From positions 150,716-214,715 of the forward strand of contig CAVRDF010000004.1 of NCBI GenBank assembly GCA_963719805.1: a DNA stretch of 64,000 bases, in the 5' to 3' direction. The translations under genes were made by a program, and so were the position numbers. The notes below the pieces were generated by a model. It saw only the letters and a list, made by a program, of their open reading frames with translations. It was not told where the DNA came from and did no database searches. Below are positions 48,090 to 57,713 of this stretch, piece by piece. Within the stretch, counting starts at the first letter, position 1; every line of letters begins with the position of its first letter. This DNA is from an uncultured Alphaproteobacteria bacterium (GTDB taxonomy: Bacteria > Pseudomonadota > Alphaproteobacteria > Acetobacterales > Acetobacteraceae).

Positions 48090-48581
48090 ATGCCTCAGGT
48101 GACCCTGACGGTGAACGGCAAGCAGCATACGGTCGAGGTTGAAGGCCGCACGCTGCTGGTAGAACTGCTGCGAGAAAAGCTGGGGCTGACCGGAACGCAT
48201 GTCGGGTGCGATACCAGCCAGTGCGGCGCCTGCGTCGTGGATGTCGACGGCATGTCGGCGAAGTCATGCACCATGTTGGCGCTGCAAGCCGACGGAACCT
48301 CCGTGACCACGATTGAAGGTCTGGCGGCGGCCGACGGCACGCTGCACCCGATGCAGGAGATGTTCCGCGAGCATCACGCCTTGCAATGCGGGTTCTGCAC
48401 GCCGGGGATGGTGATGAGCGCCATCGACCTGGTGAATTCTCACCCCGAGGGCCTGACTGAGAAGCAGATCCGTGCCGGGCTGGAAGGCAATCTCTGCCGA
48501 TGCACCGGTTACCACAACATCGTCAAGGCGATCGCCGCTGCCTGGCCGTTGATGCACGGCAAGGCTGCGGCGGCGGAATAA
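48090..48581 (+). CDS. [2Fe-2S] small subunit of a CoxSLM-type molybdenum hydroxylase
   Basis: Contains [13 protein letters not shown] and QCGFCTPGM...CRCTGY iron-sulfur cysteine clusters. The ATG at 48090 lies 8 nt after AAGGGAGGG. Confidence 0.9.
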   Translation: MPQVTLTVNGKQHTVEVEGRTLLVELLREKLGLTGTHVGCDTSQCGACVVDVDGMSAKSCTMLALQADGTSVTTIEGLAAADGTLHPMQEMFREHHALQCGFCTPGMVMSAIDLVNSHPEGLTEKQIRAGLEGNLCRCTGYHNIVKAIAAAWPLMHGKAAAAE

Positions 48582-48603
48582 GACGGGACAGGGAGAGAAG
48601 CCG

Positions 48604-50964
48604 ATGCCATTCGAGGGAATTGGAGCGCCTGTCCGCCGCAAGGAGGACGCGCGCTTTCTAAGCGGTCGCGGTAATTATACCGACGACATCAACCGCCCGG
48701 GCCAGTTGCACGCGTATATACGCCGTGCCGATCGGCCACATGCGACGATTAATCGGATCGATACCGCGGCGGCGGCCAAGGCGCCAGGCGTGGTGGCGGT
48801 GTTCACCGGCGCCGATATGGCGGCGGATGGCGTGGGTGGCCTGCCGTGTGGCTGGCAGATCCACAGCAAGGACGGCTCGCCGATGAAGGAGCCGCCGCAT
48901 CCGGTGATTGCCGTCGGTAAGGTGCGCCACGTCGGCGATCCTGTCGTTGTGGTGATCGCGGATACCAGACAGGCGGCGAAGGACGCAGCCGAGCAAGTCG
49001 TCATCGACTACACAGATCTGCCGGCAGTCGCGACCTTGCGCGATGCGATCGCATCGGGCGCCGCGATGGTGCACGACGATGCGCCAGGCAACATCTGCTA
49101 CGACTGGCATATTGGCGACAAGGCTGTGGTCGATGCGGCGTTCGCCGGTGCAGCGAAGATGGTGCGGCTCGATCTCACCAATAACCGGCTGATCCCGAAT
49201 GCGATGGAACCGCGCGCCGCGCTCGGCGATTTCGATGTGAACAGCGGCGACTACACGCTGTTCACCACCAGCCAGAATCCGCACGTGATCCGCCTGCTGA
49301 TGGGCGCCTTCGTGCTGCACATCCCAGAGAACAAGCTGCGCGTCGTGGCGCCCGATGTGGGCGGTGGGTTCGGCTCGAAGATCTATCACTATGCTGAGGA
49401 AGCTATCGTCACCTGGGCAGCCGGCAAGGTGAAGAAGCCGGTGAAGTGGACGGCGGAGCGCACCGAAAGCTTCATGTCGGATGCGCATGGGCGCGACCAT
49501 GACAGCGCAGCCGAAATGGCGCTGGACAAGGATGGCAACTTCCTCGCACTGCGCATCTCCACGCTGGCCAACATGGGCGCCTATCTGTCCACCTTCGCGC
49601 CCTGCATCCCCACCTATCTTTATGCGACGCTTTTGGCGGGGGTTTACAAGACGCCGGTGATCTACTGCGAGGTGAAGGCGGTCTTCACCAACACAGTCCC
49701 GGTGGACGCCTATCGCGGTGCCGGCCGGCCTGAAGCGACCTATCTGCTGGAACGGCTGGTCGATGCCTGTGCGAAGGACACAGGCATGGATCGCGTCGAA
49801 ATCCGTCGGAAGAACTTCATTCCTGCGGATGCGTTCCCGTACCAGACGCCGGTGGCTTTGCAGTACGACAGCGGCAACTACCAGGCGACACTGGATGCCT
49901 GCCTGAAGGCGGCCGACTACGCCGGCTTTGAGGCACGCCGCAGCACAGCGGCCGCGAAGGGGAAGCTGCGCGGTATCGGCATTTCCACCTACATCGAGGC
50001 TTGCGGTATTGCGCCCTCGGCGGTTGTTGGATCGCTGGGTGCGCGCGCGGGCCTGTACGAATGCGCCAACATCAAGGTGCATCCGACCGGCAGCGTTACC
50101 GTCTATACGGGTTCGCACAGCCACGGCCAGGGGCACGAGACGACGTTCGCGCAACTTGTCTCTGCGCAGCTTGGCGTGCCGATGGATCAGGTCGAGATCG
50201 TGCATGGCGATACCGCGAAGATTCCGTTCGGCATGGGCACCTATGGCAGCCGTAGCCTTGCGGTTGGCGGCAGTGCCATGGTGAAGGCGATGGACAAGAT
50301 CATCGCCAAGGGGAAGAAGATCGCCGCGCATCTGATGGAAGCGTCGGTCGACGATATCGAGTTCAAGGACAACAAGTTCACCGTTGCCGGCACTGACAAG
50401 GTCAAGACGCTGACCGACATCTCGCTGGCCGCCTACGTGCCGCACAACTATCCGATCGACGAATTGGAACCTGGTCTGGATGAGACGTCGTTCTACGATC
50501 CGAAGAACTTCACCTTCCCCGGCGGTTGCCATGTCGCGGAAGTGGAGATCGACAAGGACACGGGAACGGTCGAGGTGGTGAACTTTGTCGCGGTCGATGA
50601 CGTGGGCCGCGTGATCAACCCGATGATCGTCGAAGGCCAGGTGCAGGGCGGCGTCGCACAGGGCATCGGCCAGGCACTGCTGGAAAACGCGGTTTACGCC
50701 AAGGACGGGCAGTTACTGTCGGGCTCGATGATGGACTACACAATGCCGCGTGCCGACGACTTGCCGAACATCTCGGTGGGCACCGAGGTCACGCTCTGCA
50801 CGCACAATCCGCTCGGCGTGAAGGGCTGTGGCGAGGTGGGCGCGATCGGCTCGCCACCGGCGATCATCAACGGGATCATCGATGCGCTGAAGCAGTACAA
50901 CGTGCGGCACATCGAGATGCCGGCGACGCCGCAGAAGCTCTGGTCCATCATGGCTGCGAAATAG
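48604..50964 (+). CDS. molybdopterin large subunit, form-II CoxL-like (xanthine dehydrogenase family)
   Basis: The 786-aa product carries the active-site loop [12 protein letters not shown] (AYRGAGR, the form-II signature, not the form-I AYxCSFR). Confidence 0.9.
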   Translation: MPFEGIGAPVRRKEDARFLSGRGNYTDDINRPGQLHAYIRRADRPHATINRIDTAAAAKAPGVVAVFTGADMAADGVGGLPCGWQIHSKDGSPMKEPPHPVIAVGKVRHVGDPVVVVIADTRQAAKDAAEQVVIDYTDLPAVATLRDAIASGAAMVHDDAPGNICYDWHIGDKAVVDAAFAGAAKMVRLDLTNNRLIPNAMEPRAALGDFDVNSGDYTLFTTSQNPHVIRLLMGAFVLHIPENKLRVVAPDVGGGFGSKIYHYAEEAIVTWAAGKVKKPVKWTAERTESFMSDAHGRDHDSAAEMALDKDGNFLALRISTLANMGAYLSTFAPCIPTYLYATLLAGVYKTPVIYCEVKAVFTNTVPVDAYRGAGRPEATYLLERLVDACAKDTGMDRVEIRRKNFIPADAFPYQTPVALQYDSGNYQATLDACLKAADYAGFEARRSTAAAKGKLRGIGISTYIEACGIAPSAVVGSLGARAGLYECANIKVHPTGSVTVYTGSHSHGQGHETTFAQLVSAQLGVPMDQVEIVHGDTAKIPFGMGTYGSRSLAVGGSAMVKAMDKIIAKGKKIAAHLMEASVDDIEFKDNKFTVAGTDKVKTLTDISLAAYVPHNYPIDELEPGLDETSFYDPKNFTFPGGCHVAEVEIDKDTGTVEVVNFVAVDDVGRVINPMIVEGQVQGGVAQGIGQALLENAVYAKDGQLLSGSMMDYTMPRADDLPNISVGTEVTLCTHNPLGVKGCGEVGAIGSPPAIINGIIDALKQYNVRHIEMPATPQKLWSIMAAK

Positions 50965-50975
50965 GGAACAGCACG

Positions 50976-51770
50976 ATGTATGATTTCGCATATCAGAAGC
51001 CATCGAGCCTTGCGGACGCGGTGAAGGCGCTCGGGGCAGATGCCGATGCAAAGGCTCTCGCCGGCGGCATGACGCTGATCCCGGTGCTCAAGCAACGGCT
51101 GAACAAGCCGAACCTGCTGGTCGATCTGGCGAAGCTCGGTCTGGCAGGGGTGTCGAGCAACGGCAGCATCATCATCATCGGCGGCATGACGACGCACGGC
51201 GCGGTTGCCCAGAGCGCCGAGGTAAAGTCGAAGATCGCGTCGTTGGCGGAACTGGCGTCGCACATCGGTGACGAGGCGGTGCGCCATCGCGGCACCATCG
51301 GTGGCAGCCTGGCCAACAACGATCCGGCGGCTGACTATCCCGCCGCCGCACTTGCGCTGGGCGCGACCATCAAGACCGACAAACGATCGATCAAGGCCGA
51401 CGACTTCTTCCAGGGCATGTTCACGACGGTGCTGGAACAGGGCGAGTTGATCACGTCGGTCGAGTTCCCGGCACCGGAAAAGGGTGCCTATGAGAAGTTC
51501 CGCAATCCAGCTTCGCGCTATGCCATCGTCGGTGTGTATGTCGCGAAGACATCGGGCGGCGTGCGCGTCGCGGTGACCGGCGCGAGCCAGGGCGGGGTGT
51601 TCCGGCACACCGCTATGGAGCAAGCATTGAGCAAGAACTTCTCGCCCGACGCCATCGCCGGCATCGCCACGCCGGCCGATGGCCTGAACGGTGACATCCA
51701 CGCCAGCGCCGAGTATCGCGCCCATCTGGTGGGCGTGATGGCGAAGCGCGCCGTCGCACGGGCGTACTGA
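50976..51770 (+). CDS. FAD-binding medium subunit (CoxM-like)
   Basis: Contains LAGGMTLIPVLKQRL and TIGGSLANNDPAADYP, the CO-dehydrogenase flavoprotein motifs. Confidence 0.9.
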   Translation: MYDFAYQKPSSLADAVKALGADADAKALAGGMTLIPVLKQRLNKPNLLVDLAKLGLAGVSSNGSIIIIGGMTTHGAVAQSAEVKSKIASLAELASHIGDEAVRHRGTIGGSLANNDPAADYPAAALALGATIKTDKRSIKADDFFQGMFTTVLEQGELITSVEFPAPEKGAYEKFRNPASRYAIVGVYVAKTSGGVRVAVTGASQGGVFRHTAMEQALSKNFSPDAIAGIATPADGLNGDIHASAEYRAHLVGVMAKRAVARAY

Positions 51771-51774
51771 GCGC

Positions 51775-51993
51775 ATGAACCGGGGGATCGGCGACAACCA
51801 AGGTCCCCCGCTCGACCCAGAGATCGATCCCAACGAGTCGTGGCGCCATTGGTGCTGGAAGCGCGCGTCGAAGCGTGCGTGGAAAACGCCGGGCCGCGAG
51901 ATCGCCATGCGGCGGCTGGCGCGCGCCGAGGAATTGGGGATCAGCTATCGCGAGTACACGCTCGAGATACTGGAGCGTGGGGTGTACTTGTAG
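51775..51993 (+). CDS. small hypothetical protein (72 aa) coupled to the coxM-like gene
   Basis: The ATG lies 4 nt after the coxM-like stop, and the next gene starts 1 nt after this ORF's stop. The sequence is basic/acidic and helical (...WRHWCWKRASKRAWKT...AEELGISYREYTLEILERG). I recognised no family. Confidence 0.45.
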   Translation: MNRGIGDNQGPPLDPEIDPNESWRHWCWKRASKRAWKTPGREIAMRRLARAEELGISYREYTLEILERGVYL

Positions 51994-51994
51994 A

Positions 51995-52855
51995 GTGTCA
52001 ACAACCGATCTGGCGAGCCTGGTGCAAACGCCTGGCGCCCATACGGTCGTGTATACGGACCCGGTATTCCCCGAGCAGCCGCTGCTGCTGCACAGCGCAC
52101 GCCCAAGCAATTGGAGTGCGGCAATGCCAGTGGTGTTTGTGCATCACGGGGTTGGCCGTAATGGCCGGGACTATCGCGATTATTGGCAGCCGCTCGTCGA
52201 GGACATGGGCGTCTTGGCGATCGCGATCGAATTCACCGAAGCGTCGTTCCCTGAATATCTTTGGTACCACTTCGGCAATCTGCACGCCGAGGACGGCACA
52301 TCGAATCCACGCGAGCAGTGGACCTATGGCATCGACGAACGGCTGTTCGTAGCGCTCCGTGAACAAGGTGTGACAGAGCGCGAACGCTACGGGCTGTTCG
52401 GCCACTCTGCCGGTGGGCAGTTTGTGCACCGGATGCTGTCGTTTGGGTTTCGCGACCGGGTTGCGGTTGCGGTCAGTGCCAATGCGGGCACCTACGCGAT
52501 GCCCGACCTTGCGGTGGCTTGGCCGTTCGGCCTCGGCGAAGCCGAGTTGGACGATGCAGCACTGCGCGCGTTGGTGGAGTTCCCCATCACGGTGATGACC
52601 GGCACGCGTGATACCAACACGACCGGGCGGTACTTTCCGAAGGGACCGCGCTCGATGCGTCAGGGCGCCACACGGCACGAGCGTGCGCATAACTACGTGC
52701 AAGCCGGGCACGCAGCTGCCGATCAACTCGGCACGCGGTGTGCCTGGACCGTCATCGATGTGCCGGATGTCGGTCACGACGGAGAACGCATGTCCGTCGC
52801 CGCCGCGCCGGTGATGGCAATGCAACAGATTGCTGGTAATGCCACCGTGACGTAA
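51995..52855 (+). CDS. alpha/beta-hydrolase (esterase/depolymerase-like)
   Basis: GTG start. Contains PVVFVHHGVGRNG and the nucleophile elbow GLFGHSAGGQF, plus VPDVGHDG (His). Confidence 0.7.
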   Translation: MSTTDLASLVQTPGAHTVVYTDPVFPEQPLLLHSARPSNWSAAMPVVFVHHGVGRNGRDYRDYWQPLVEDMGVLAIAIEFTEASFPEYLWYHFGNLHAEDGTSNPREQWTYGIDERLFVALREQGVTERERYGLFGHSAGGQFVHRMLSFGFRDRVAVAVSANAGTYAMPDLAVAWPFGLGEAELDDAALRALVEFPITVMTGTRDTNTTGRYFPKGPRSMRQGATRHERAHNYVQAGHAAADQLGTRCAWTVIDVPDVGHDGERMSVAAAPVMAMQQIAGNATVT

Positions 52856-52885
52856 AACGCCAACGCCGACAGGGGGACGAAGATC

Positions 52886-54469
52886 ATGAAACGTCGTGAT
52901 GTATTGAAGTCCGCGGTGGCTGGGGCCACCGCTCTTGCCGCGCCGCGCATCGGCTATGCGCAGGACGCCAAGACCATCAACTTCACGCCGCACGCCGATC
53001 TGGCATCGGTCGATCCGGTGTGGACCACCGCCGACATCACCCGCAATTTTTCCCTCGCCGTGTATGACACGCTGTACGGCTACGACGCCGACTTCAACAT
53101 CCAGCCGCAGATGGTCGACGGCCATGTCATCAGCAACGATGGCAAGCAGTGGGAGCTGACGCTGCGCGACGGCCTGGCGTTCCACGACGGCACACCGGTG
53201 TTGGCGCGCGACTGCGTCGCGACGATCCAGCGTTTTGCCAAGCGCGATCCGTACGGTGGCGCGTTGATGGTGCGCACTGATGAACTGTCCGCCCCGTCCG
53301 ACAAGGTGATCCGCTTCCGGCTGAACAAACCGTTTGCGCTGCTGCCGAACGCACTTGGCCAGATCTATTGCGCGATCATGCCGGAGCGGCTGGCGAAGAC
53401 CGACGCGATGCAGCAGGTGTCCGAGGCCGTCGGTAGCGGGCCGTTCAAGTATGTCGCCAGCGAGCGCGTTTCCGGTCAGCGGGTCGTTTATGTGAAGAAC
53501 GACAAGTACGTGCCGCGCAAGGAAGGCAAACCGAGTTTCAACGCCGGCCCGAAAATCGTCTATGTCGACCGCGTGGTCTGGAACTTCATCCCCGACCCGG
53601 CGACAGCCGCCGCCGCGCTTACGCAGAAGGAGATCGACTGGTGGGAAAACCCGACCATCGATCTCGTACCACAGCTCCGGCGCGACAAGGATCTGACGCT
53701 GGCGGTGAAGGACCGCACCGGCGAAATCGGCTGCCTGCGCTTCAACCATCTGTTTCCGCCATTCGACAACCCGGCGATCCGCCGCGTGGTGGTGGCGGCT
53801 ATCGATCAGAAGGAGATCATGGAGGCGGTAGCCGGCGCGGATCCCAGCCTGATCAAGACAGACGTCGGTATTTTCGTCCCCGGCACCCCGATGGCCAGCA
53901 CCGTCGGGGTCGAGAACACCCGTGGGCCGAAGAACTATGACAAGCTGAAGCAGGATTTGGTGGCGGCTGGCTACAAAGGAGAGAAAGTCGTCATCCTGGC
54001 GGCTTCCACCATCCCGACAATCTGGGCCGAGGCGCAGGTCGCCTCCGATGTGCTGAAGAAAATTGGCTTCAACACCGACTTCCAGTCGCTGGAGTGGGGC
54101 ACCGTGGTAGCGCGGCGCGCCAGCAAGGAACCGGTCGACAAGGGCGGCTGGAACATTTTCTACACCTACCTTGGCGGCTTCGGGAACATCTCGCCGGCGC
54201 CAGCCATTCCAATCCAGAGCAGCGGGACCAACGGAAGCTGGTTCGGCTGGCCGACCGATCCGAAGATGGAGGAGCTGCGCGCTGCCTGGTTCGATGCCCC
54301 GGACGTAGCGGGACAGAAGAAGATCAGCGACGAGATGCAGGCGGCGTTCTGGCAGAGCCCGCCTTATGCGCCACTGGGCATGTACGTGCAGCCGACGGCC
54401 TACCATAACTACCTGACGGACGTGCGGGACGGCTGGCCACAATTCTACGGCGTGAAAAAGAACGCGTAG
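52886..54469 (+). CDS. ABC transporter substrate-binding protein, family 5
   Basis: Tat-type signal MKRRDVLKSAVAGATALAAPRIGYAQ. The sequence is SBP_bac_5-like and paralogous to the 25996 gene (shared ...HDG.PVLARDC...). Confidence 0.9.
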   Translation: MKRRDVLKSAVAGATALAAPRIGYAQDAKTINFTPHADLASVDPVWTTADITRNFSLAVYDTLYGYDADFNIQPQMVDGHVISNDGKQWELTLRDGLAFHDGTPVLARDCVATIQRFAKRDPYGGALMVRTDELSAPSDKVIRFRLNKPFALLPNALGQIYCAIMPERLAKTDAMQQVSEAVGSGPFKYVASERVSGQRVVYVKNDKYVPRKEGKPSFNAGPKIVYVDRVVWNFIPDPATAAAALTQKEIDWWENPTIDLVPQLRRDKDLTLAVKDRTGEIGCLRFNHLFPPFDNPAIRRVVVAAIDQKEIMEAVAGADPSLIKTDVGIFVPGTPMASTVGVENTRGPKNYDKLKQDLVAAGYKGEKVVILAASTIPTIWAEAQVASDVLKKIGFNTDFQSLEWGTVVARRASKEPVDKGGWNIFYTYLGGFGNISPAPAIPIQSSGTNGSWFGWPTDPKMEELRAAWFDAPDVAGQKKISDEMQAAFWQSPPYAPLGMYVQPTAYHNYLTDVRDGWPQFYGVKKNA

Positions 54470-54571
54470 GCAGACGCTTCAGCCCCCGCGCTCAGCTAGT
54501 GTTGCGCGTAATTCTCAGGGGGTGAGACAAGCTTTTGCTTTTCTGGCGGGCAACTTCCCGGTAACCCTGCG

Positions 54572-54587
54572 CCGTATAGTTATACGG
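54572..54587. promoter_or_regulatory. AT-rich perfect palindrome 20 nt upstream of the sulfotransferase ATG (candidate operator)
   Basis: CCGTATA-gt-TATACGG. It stands out in a GC-rich context. Confidence 0.3.
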
Positions 54588-54607
54588 ATTGCCGGACCCG
54601 ACGGATC

Positions 54608-55624
54608 ATGTCGATCGCAACGCCCATCAAGCCTATCGAAGAGCCTTTGGCGGCCAACCGCCAGGAGGATGGCGAGACGCCATTCTTCATTTGCGGCTGT
54701 GGCCGATCCGGCACCACGCTCCTGCGTGCGGTCATGCTCGGACACTCCCGGCTGAACGTCTCTCCGGAAACTCACTACATCCGGCACCTTGTCGGCCATG
54801 TCTCACTGAGCGGCCGGCTCTCGCCCGAGCAGGTAACGGATGCGGTCAATCGCATCCTGGCGCACCCTCGCTGGAGGGAAATGGAAATCGCCGACGCCGA
54901 GTTCCGCGCCGAAGCGATGGCATTGCCGTCTCCTCGATTGGGAGACGTGCTGAATCTGGTCTACCAACGCCATGCACGCGCGGCCGGCAAAGCGCGACCT
55001 GGCGACAAAACCCCAGACTACATTCGCTACGTGCCGCAGTTGCTGGAAATTTACCCGGACGCAAAATTCATCCATTTGGTGCGCGACGGTCATGACGTCG
55101 CCGTGTCTTATGCCGAGGTGGGCTGGGGTCATGCCTACCAAGGGGAAGAATTCGAATGGACGCAAGCGGTGCGCGCCGCTCTGTCATATCGCAACGAGCC
55201 CTTCGCCGATCGTATTCTGGAAGTCCGCTACGAAGACATGGTGGTGGATCTGGAAGGGACGATACGTCGGATCTGCGCCTTTCTCGGCGAGGATTTCGAG
55301 CCTGCCATGCTGCAATGGCACGGGCAGGTCGGCCAGCTATCGGGCGAACAAGCGAGTTTGCATACGAAATTGCGTCAACCGCTCCTGTCGGACGCCGTTG
55401 CCGCCTGGCGGCGGAAGTTGACCGCGGTGCAGTGCTTCCTCATCGAGGCGTCGCTTTATCGCGACCTGGAAGCAATGAACTACCAGCTGCGATATTCAGG
55501 TGCCTTCTGGCGTCTTGCACTGGTTCCTGCCGGTGCGGCGATGCATGCGTTGGCGCCGTTCCTCGATCGCGCGTTGCCAGCGCTGAAGCGCCGAAATTAT
55601 CTCCGCGGTCCAGTGTATATATAG
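54608..55624 (+). CDS. sulfotransferase-family protein
   Basis: PAPS 5'-phosphosulfate-binding loop FFICGCGRSGTTLLRAVM and a 3'-phosphate-binding-like region KFIHLVRDGHDVAVSY. Confidence 0.85.
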   Translation: MSIATPIKPIEEPLAANRQEDGETPFFICGCGRSGTTLLRAVMLGHSRLNVSPETHYIRHLVGHVSLSGRLSPEQVTDAVNRILAHPRWREMEIADAEFRAEAMALPSPRLGDVLNLVYQRHARAAGKARPGDKTPDYIRYVPQLLEIYPDAKFIHLVRDGHDVAVSYAEVGWGHAYQGEEFEWTQAVRAALSYRNEPFADRILEVRYEDMVVDLEGTIRRICAFLGEDFEPAMLQWHGQVGQLSGEQASLHTKLRQPLLSDAVAAWRRKLTAVQCFLIEASLYRDLEAMNYQLRYSGAFWRLALVPAGAAMHALAPFLDRALPALKRRNYLRGPVYI

Positions 55625-55625
55625 C

Positions 55626-56736
55626 ATGGCCGGGAGTTCAGCTGTTTCGCTGTCATCGGCCACATCTGCACCGATGACTGGTACACGCATGCGCGCGGAG
55701 GTCCTGCCGCCTTCCGCGCTTGGCCGCAGCGAGATCCAGCTCTGGCACAATATCCTCGAGGCATCGCCTCATCTGCAGCGTGCCTTCTTCACTCCGGCTT
55801 TTGCATTGGCCTGCGAACGGGCGATCGGCCGTGCCTACGTCGCGGTTCTACATGCCAATGGGACCGTGCGGGGTTTTCTGCCATTCCAGTTCCGCAGCAG
55901 GTGGCATCAGACCATCCGCATGGCCGATCGGATCGGTGGTAATTTATCCGACAACGCTGGGCTGGTTGCCTGGCCGGACGTCAGGACCGAACTCGTCAAA
56001 CCTGCTGCGCCTTTGTGGCCTGGCATCGCTGACGCTCAGTCACTTGATGCCGGATCAGGGACGGTTCGGGCTGGACGCCGAGTGGACGGATATCGGCTAT
56101 GTCACTGACCTCAGCGATGGCCCCGATGCCTATTTTGCCGGCTTGCTGGCACGCAACAAGGATTTTGTCCGCGACACCGAACGCCGCCTGCGAAAGACGC
56201 AAAAGGACTATGGGCCGCTGTCGATGCGCGACGAGCGACCGGTAACGCCAGACGCCATCGCGGGTCTCGTTGCCTTGAAGCGTCAGCAATATCAGCGGAC
56301 ACAGGTCGCCGATGCATTCGCAGAGCCGACCACGTTGCAAATCATCGACGCTTTGCGGAACTCGCCAACAGCAGACTGTGAACTGGTACTGGCTGCCTTG
56401 CACGCCGGCGACGCAATGTTGGCGGCACATCTGGGGCTACAGCACAACGGCGTGCTCAGTTGGTGGTTCCCCGTCTATGACCCTGCGGCGCAGGGTGTTT
56501 CTCCGGGGCGGCTGTTGCTGTGGCGAATGATCCAGCGCGCCCAAGAGAGTGGGACCCGCCTGATCGATTACGGCGCGGGCGACGCACAGTACAAGCGGCA
56601 ATTCTCCACCGAAAACCTGCAGATGGGCCGTGCCGTCTGGACCGCGGGCAACGCGCGCTCATTGCTGGCTCGCGCCTGGCAGTCTCTTGAGTGGCGGATC
56701 GCGCGTCGCTCGACTGCCAAGGCGAAGCAGAACTAG
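55626..56736 (+). pseudogene. CelD/FemAB-like GNAT acyltransferase, interrupted by a 1-nt frameshift
   Basis: The N-terminal half (frame of 55626, good up to ...AGLVAWPDVRTELV) and the C-terminal half (frame of 55720, good from NLLRLCGLASLTLSHL... through ...GVSPGRLLLWRMIQRAQESGTRLIDYGAGDAQYKRQF) join cleanly if one A is removed from the AAA run at 55998-56000. Confidence 0.75.
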
Positions 56737-56744
56737 CGGCCGGA

Positions 56745-57713
56745 ATGAGTGTGCCCACACCTTTGGTGACGGTGGTGATACCGGCGTTCAATGCGGCCGA
56801 GACGATAACTCGTGCCGTGGACTCGGCGCTGGCTCAGACATTCGCAGATTATGAAATCATCATTATCGATGACGCGAGTACGGACGCGACAGCCGAGGTT
56901 GTTGTCAGTCAATACGGGAAACGTGTCACCTTGCTTCGTTTGCCGCAGAACCTCGGCGAAAGCGGTGCGATGAATGCGGGGATCGTTGCGGCGAGGGGTG
57001 AGTTGATCGCCTTCCTGGATGCGGATGACGCGTGGTTGCCAGGGAAGCTGGCGAGGCAGGTGACGGAAATGCAGCAAAGGCCTGCCTGCTCGATTGTGGT
57101 TTGCGGGTGCCGCTTCATCAAACGTGCTGGGAAGGCATCGCGTGACGATGTCGTTGGCATACTCCCTGTCGCACCCGATGAGGTCTGGCGCCTGCTGTTG
57201 GCAAGGACGTTGATTGCAAAGCCCTGTGTTTTGGCGCGCGCCAGAGCGCTGCATCAGGCTGGTCCATTCGATACCACCCTGGCGGTGGGCGCCGATCAGG
57301 ATATGTGGATACGATTGGCGTTGGTCGGCAGCGTGATATTTGTACCGGAGATACTTACTATCGCCTACGACACCGCAGGCAGCCTCACCAAGGTCTATGC
57401 CGACAAGATCGACCGCTACATGCTTCCCATGATCGGGCGTCATGTGGACGCGCAGCGGCATCGGTTATCCCGCCGGGAGATCAGGGAAATCTGGGGAGAG
57501 CGATACACCTCGATCGGACGCAACCTGTATGCAGCGGGATCGTTTGGCCGCGGTGCGGCGTTGATCCTACAGGGGATCTCGCACGGGCACAGCATTGGCT
57601 CGAACCTATGGTATCTGCTGACCGCGTCGCGCCCGGTGCGGACATTGAAGCGCCTCATCTCCCCACTGATGGGCGGCGGCGAGCACGGCTTGTCCGGGAA
57701 CTACACGGCATGA
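56745..57713 (+). CDS. glycosyltransferase family 2 (paralogue A)
   Basis: Contains VTVVIPAFNAAETI...IIIDDASTD...GESGAMNAG...FLDADDAWLP (DxD). Confidence 0.9.
   Translation: MSVPTPLVTVVIPAFNAAETITRAVDSALAQTFADYEIIIIDDASTDATAEVVVSQYGKRVTLLRLPQNLGESGAMNAGIVAARGELIAFLDADDAWLPGKLARQVTEMQQRPACSIVVCGCRFIKRAGKASRDDVVGILPVAPDEVWRLLLARTLIAKPCVLARARALHQAGPFDTTLAVGADQDMWIRLALVGSVIFVPEILTIAYDTAGSLTKVYADKIDRYMLPMIGRHVDAQRHRLSRREIREIWGERYTSIGRNLYAAGSFGRGAALILQGISHGHSIGSNLWYLLTASRPVRTLKRLISPLMGGGEHGLSGNYTA

Noticed and set aside
48658-50532. 624-aa ORF on the minus strand
   Set aside because: It lies entirely antisense to the CoxL-like gene, which has an unambiguous family signature. It is a shadow ORF.
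51998-54442. 814-aa ORF on the minus strand
   Set aside because: It is antisense to the alpha/beta hydrolase and family-5 binding-protein genes. Its composition is low-complexity Arg/His/Gly/Ala and no domain is recognisable.
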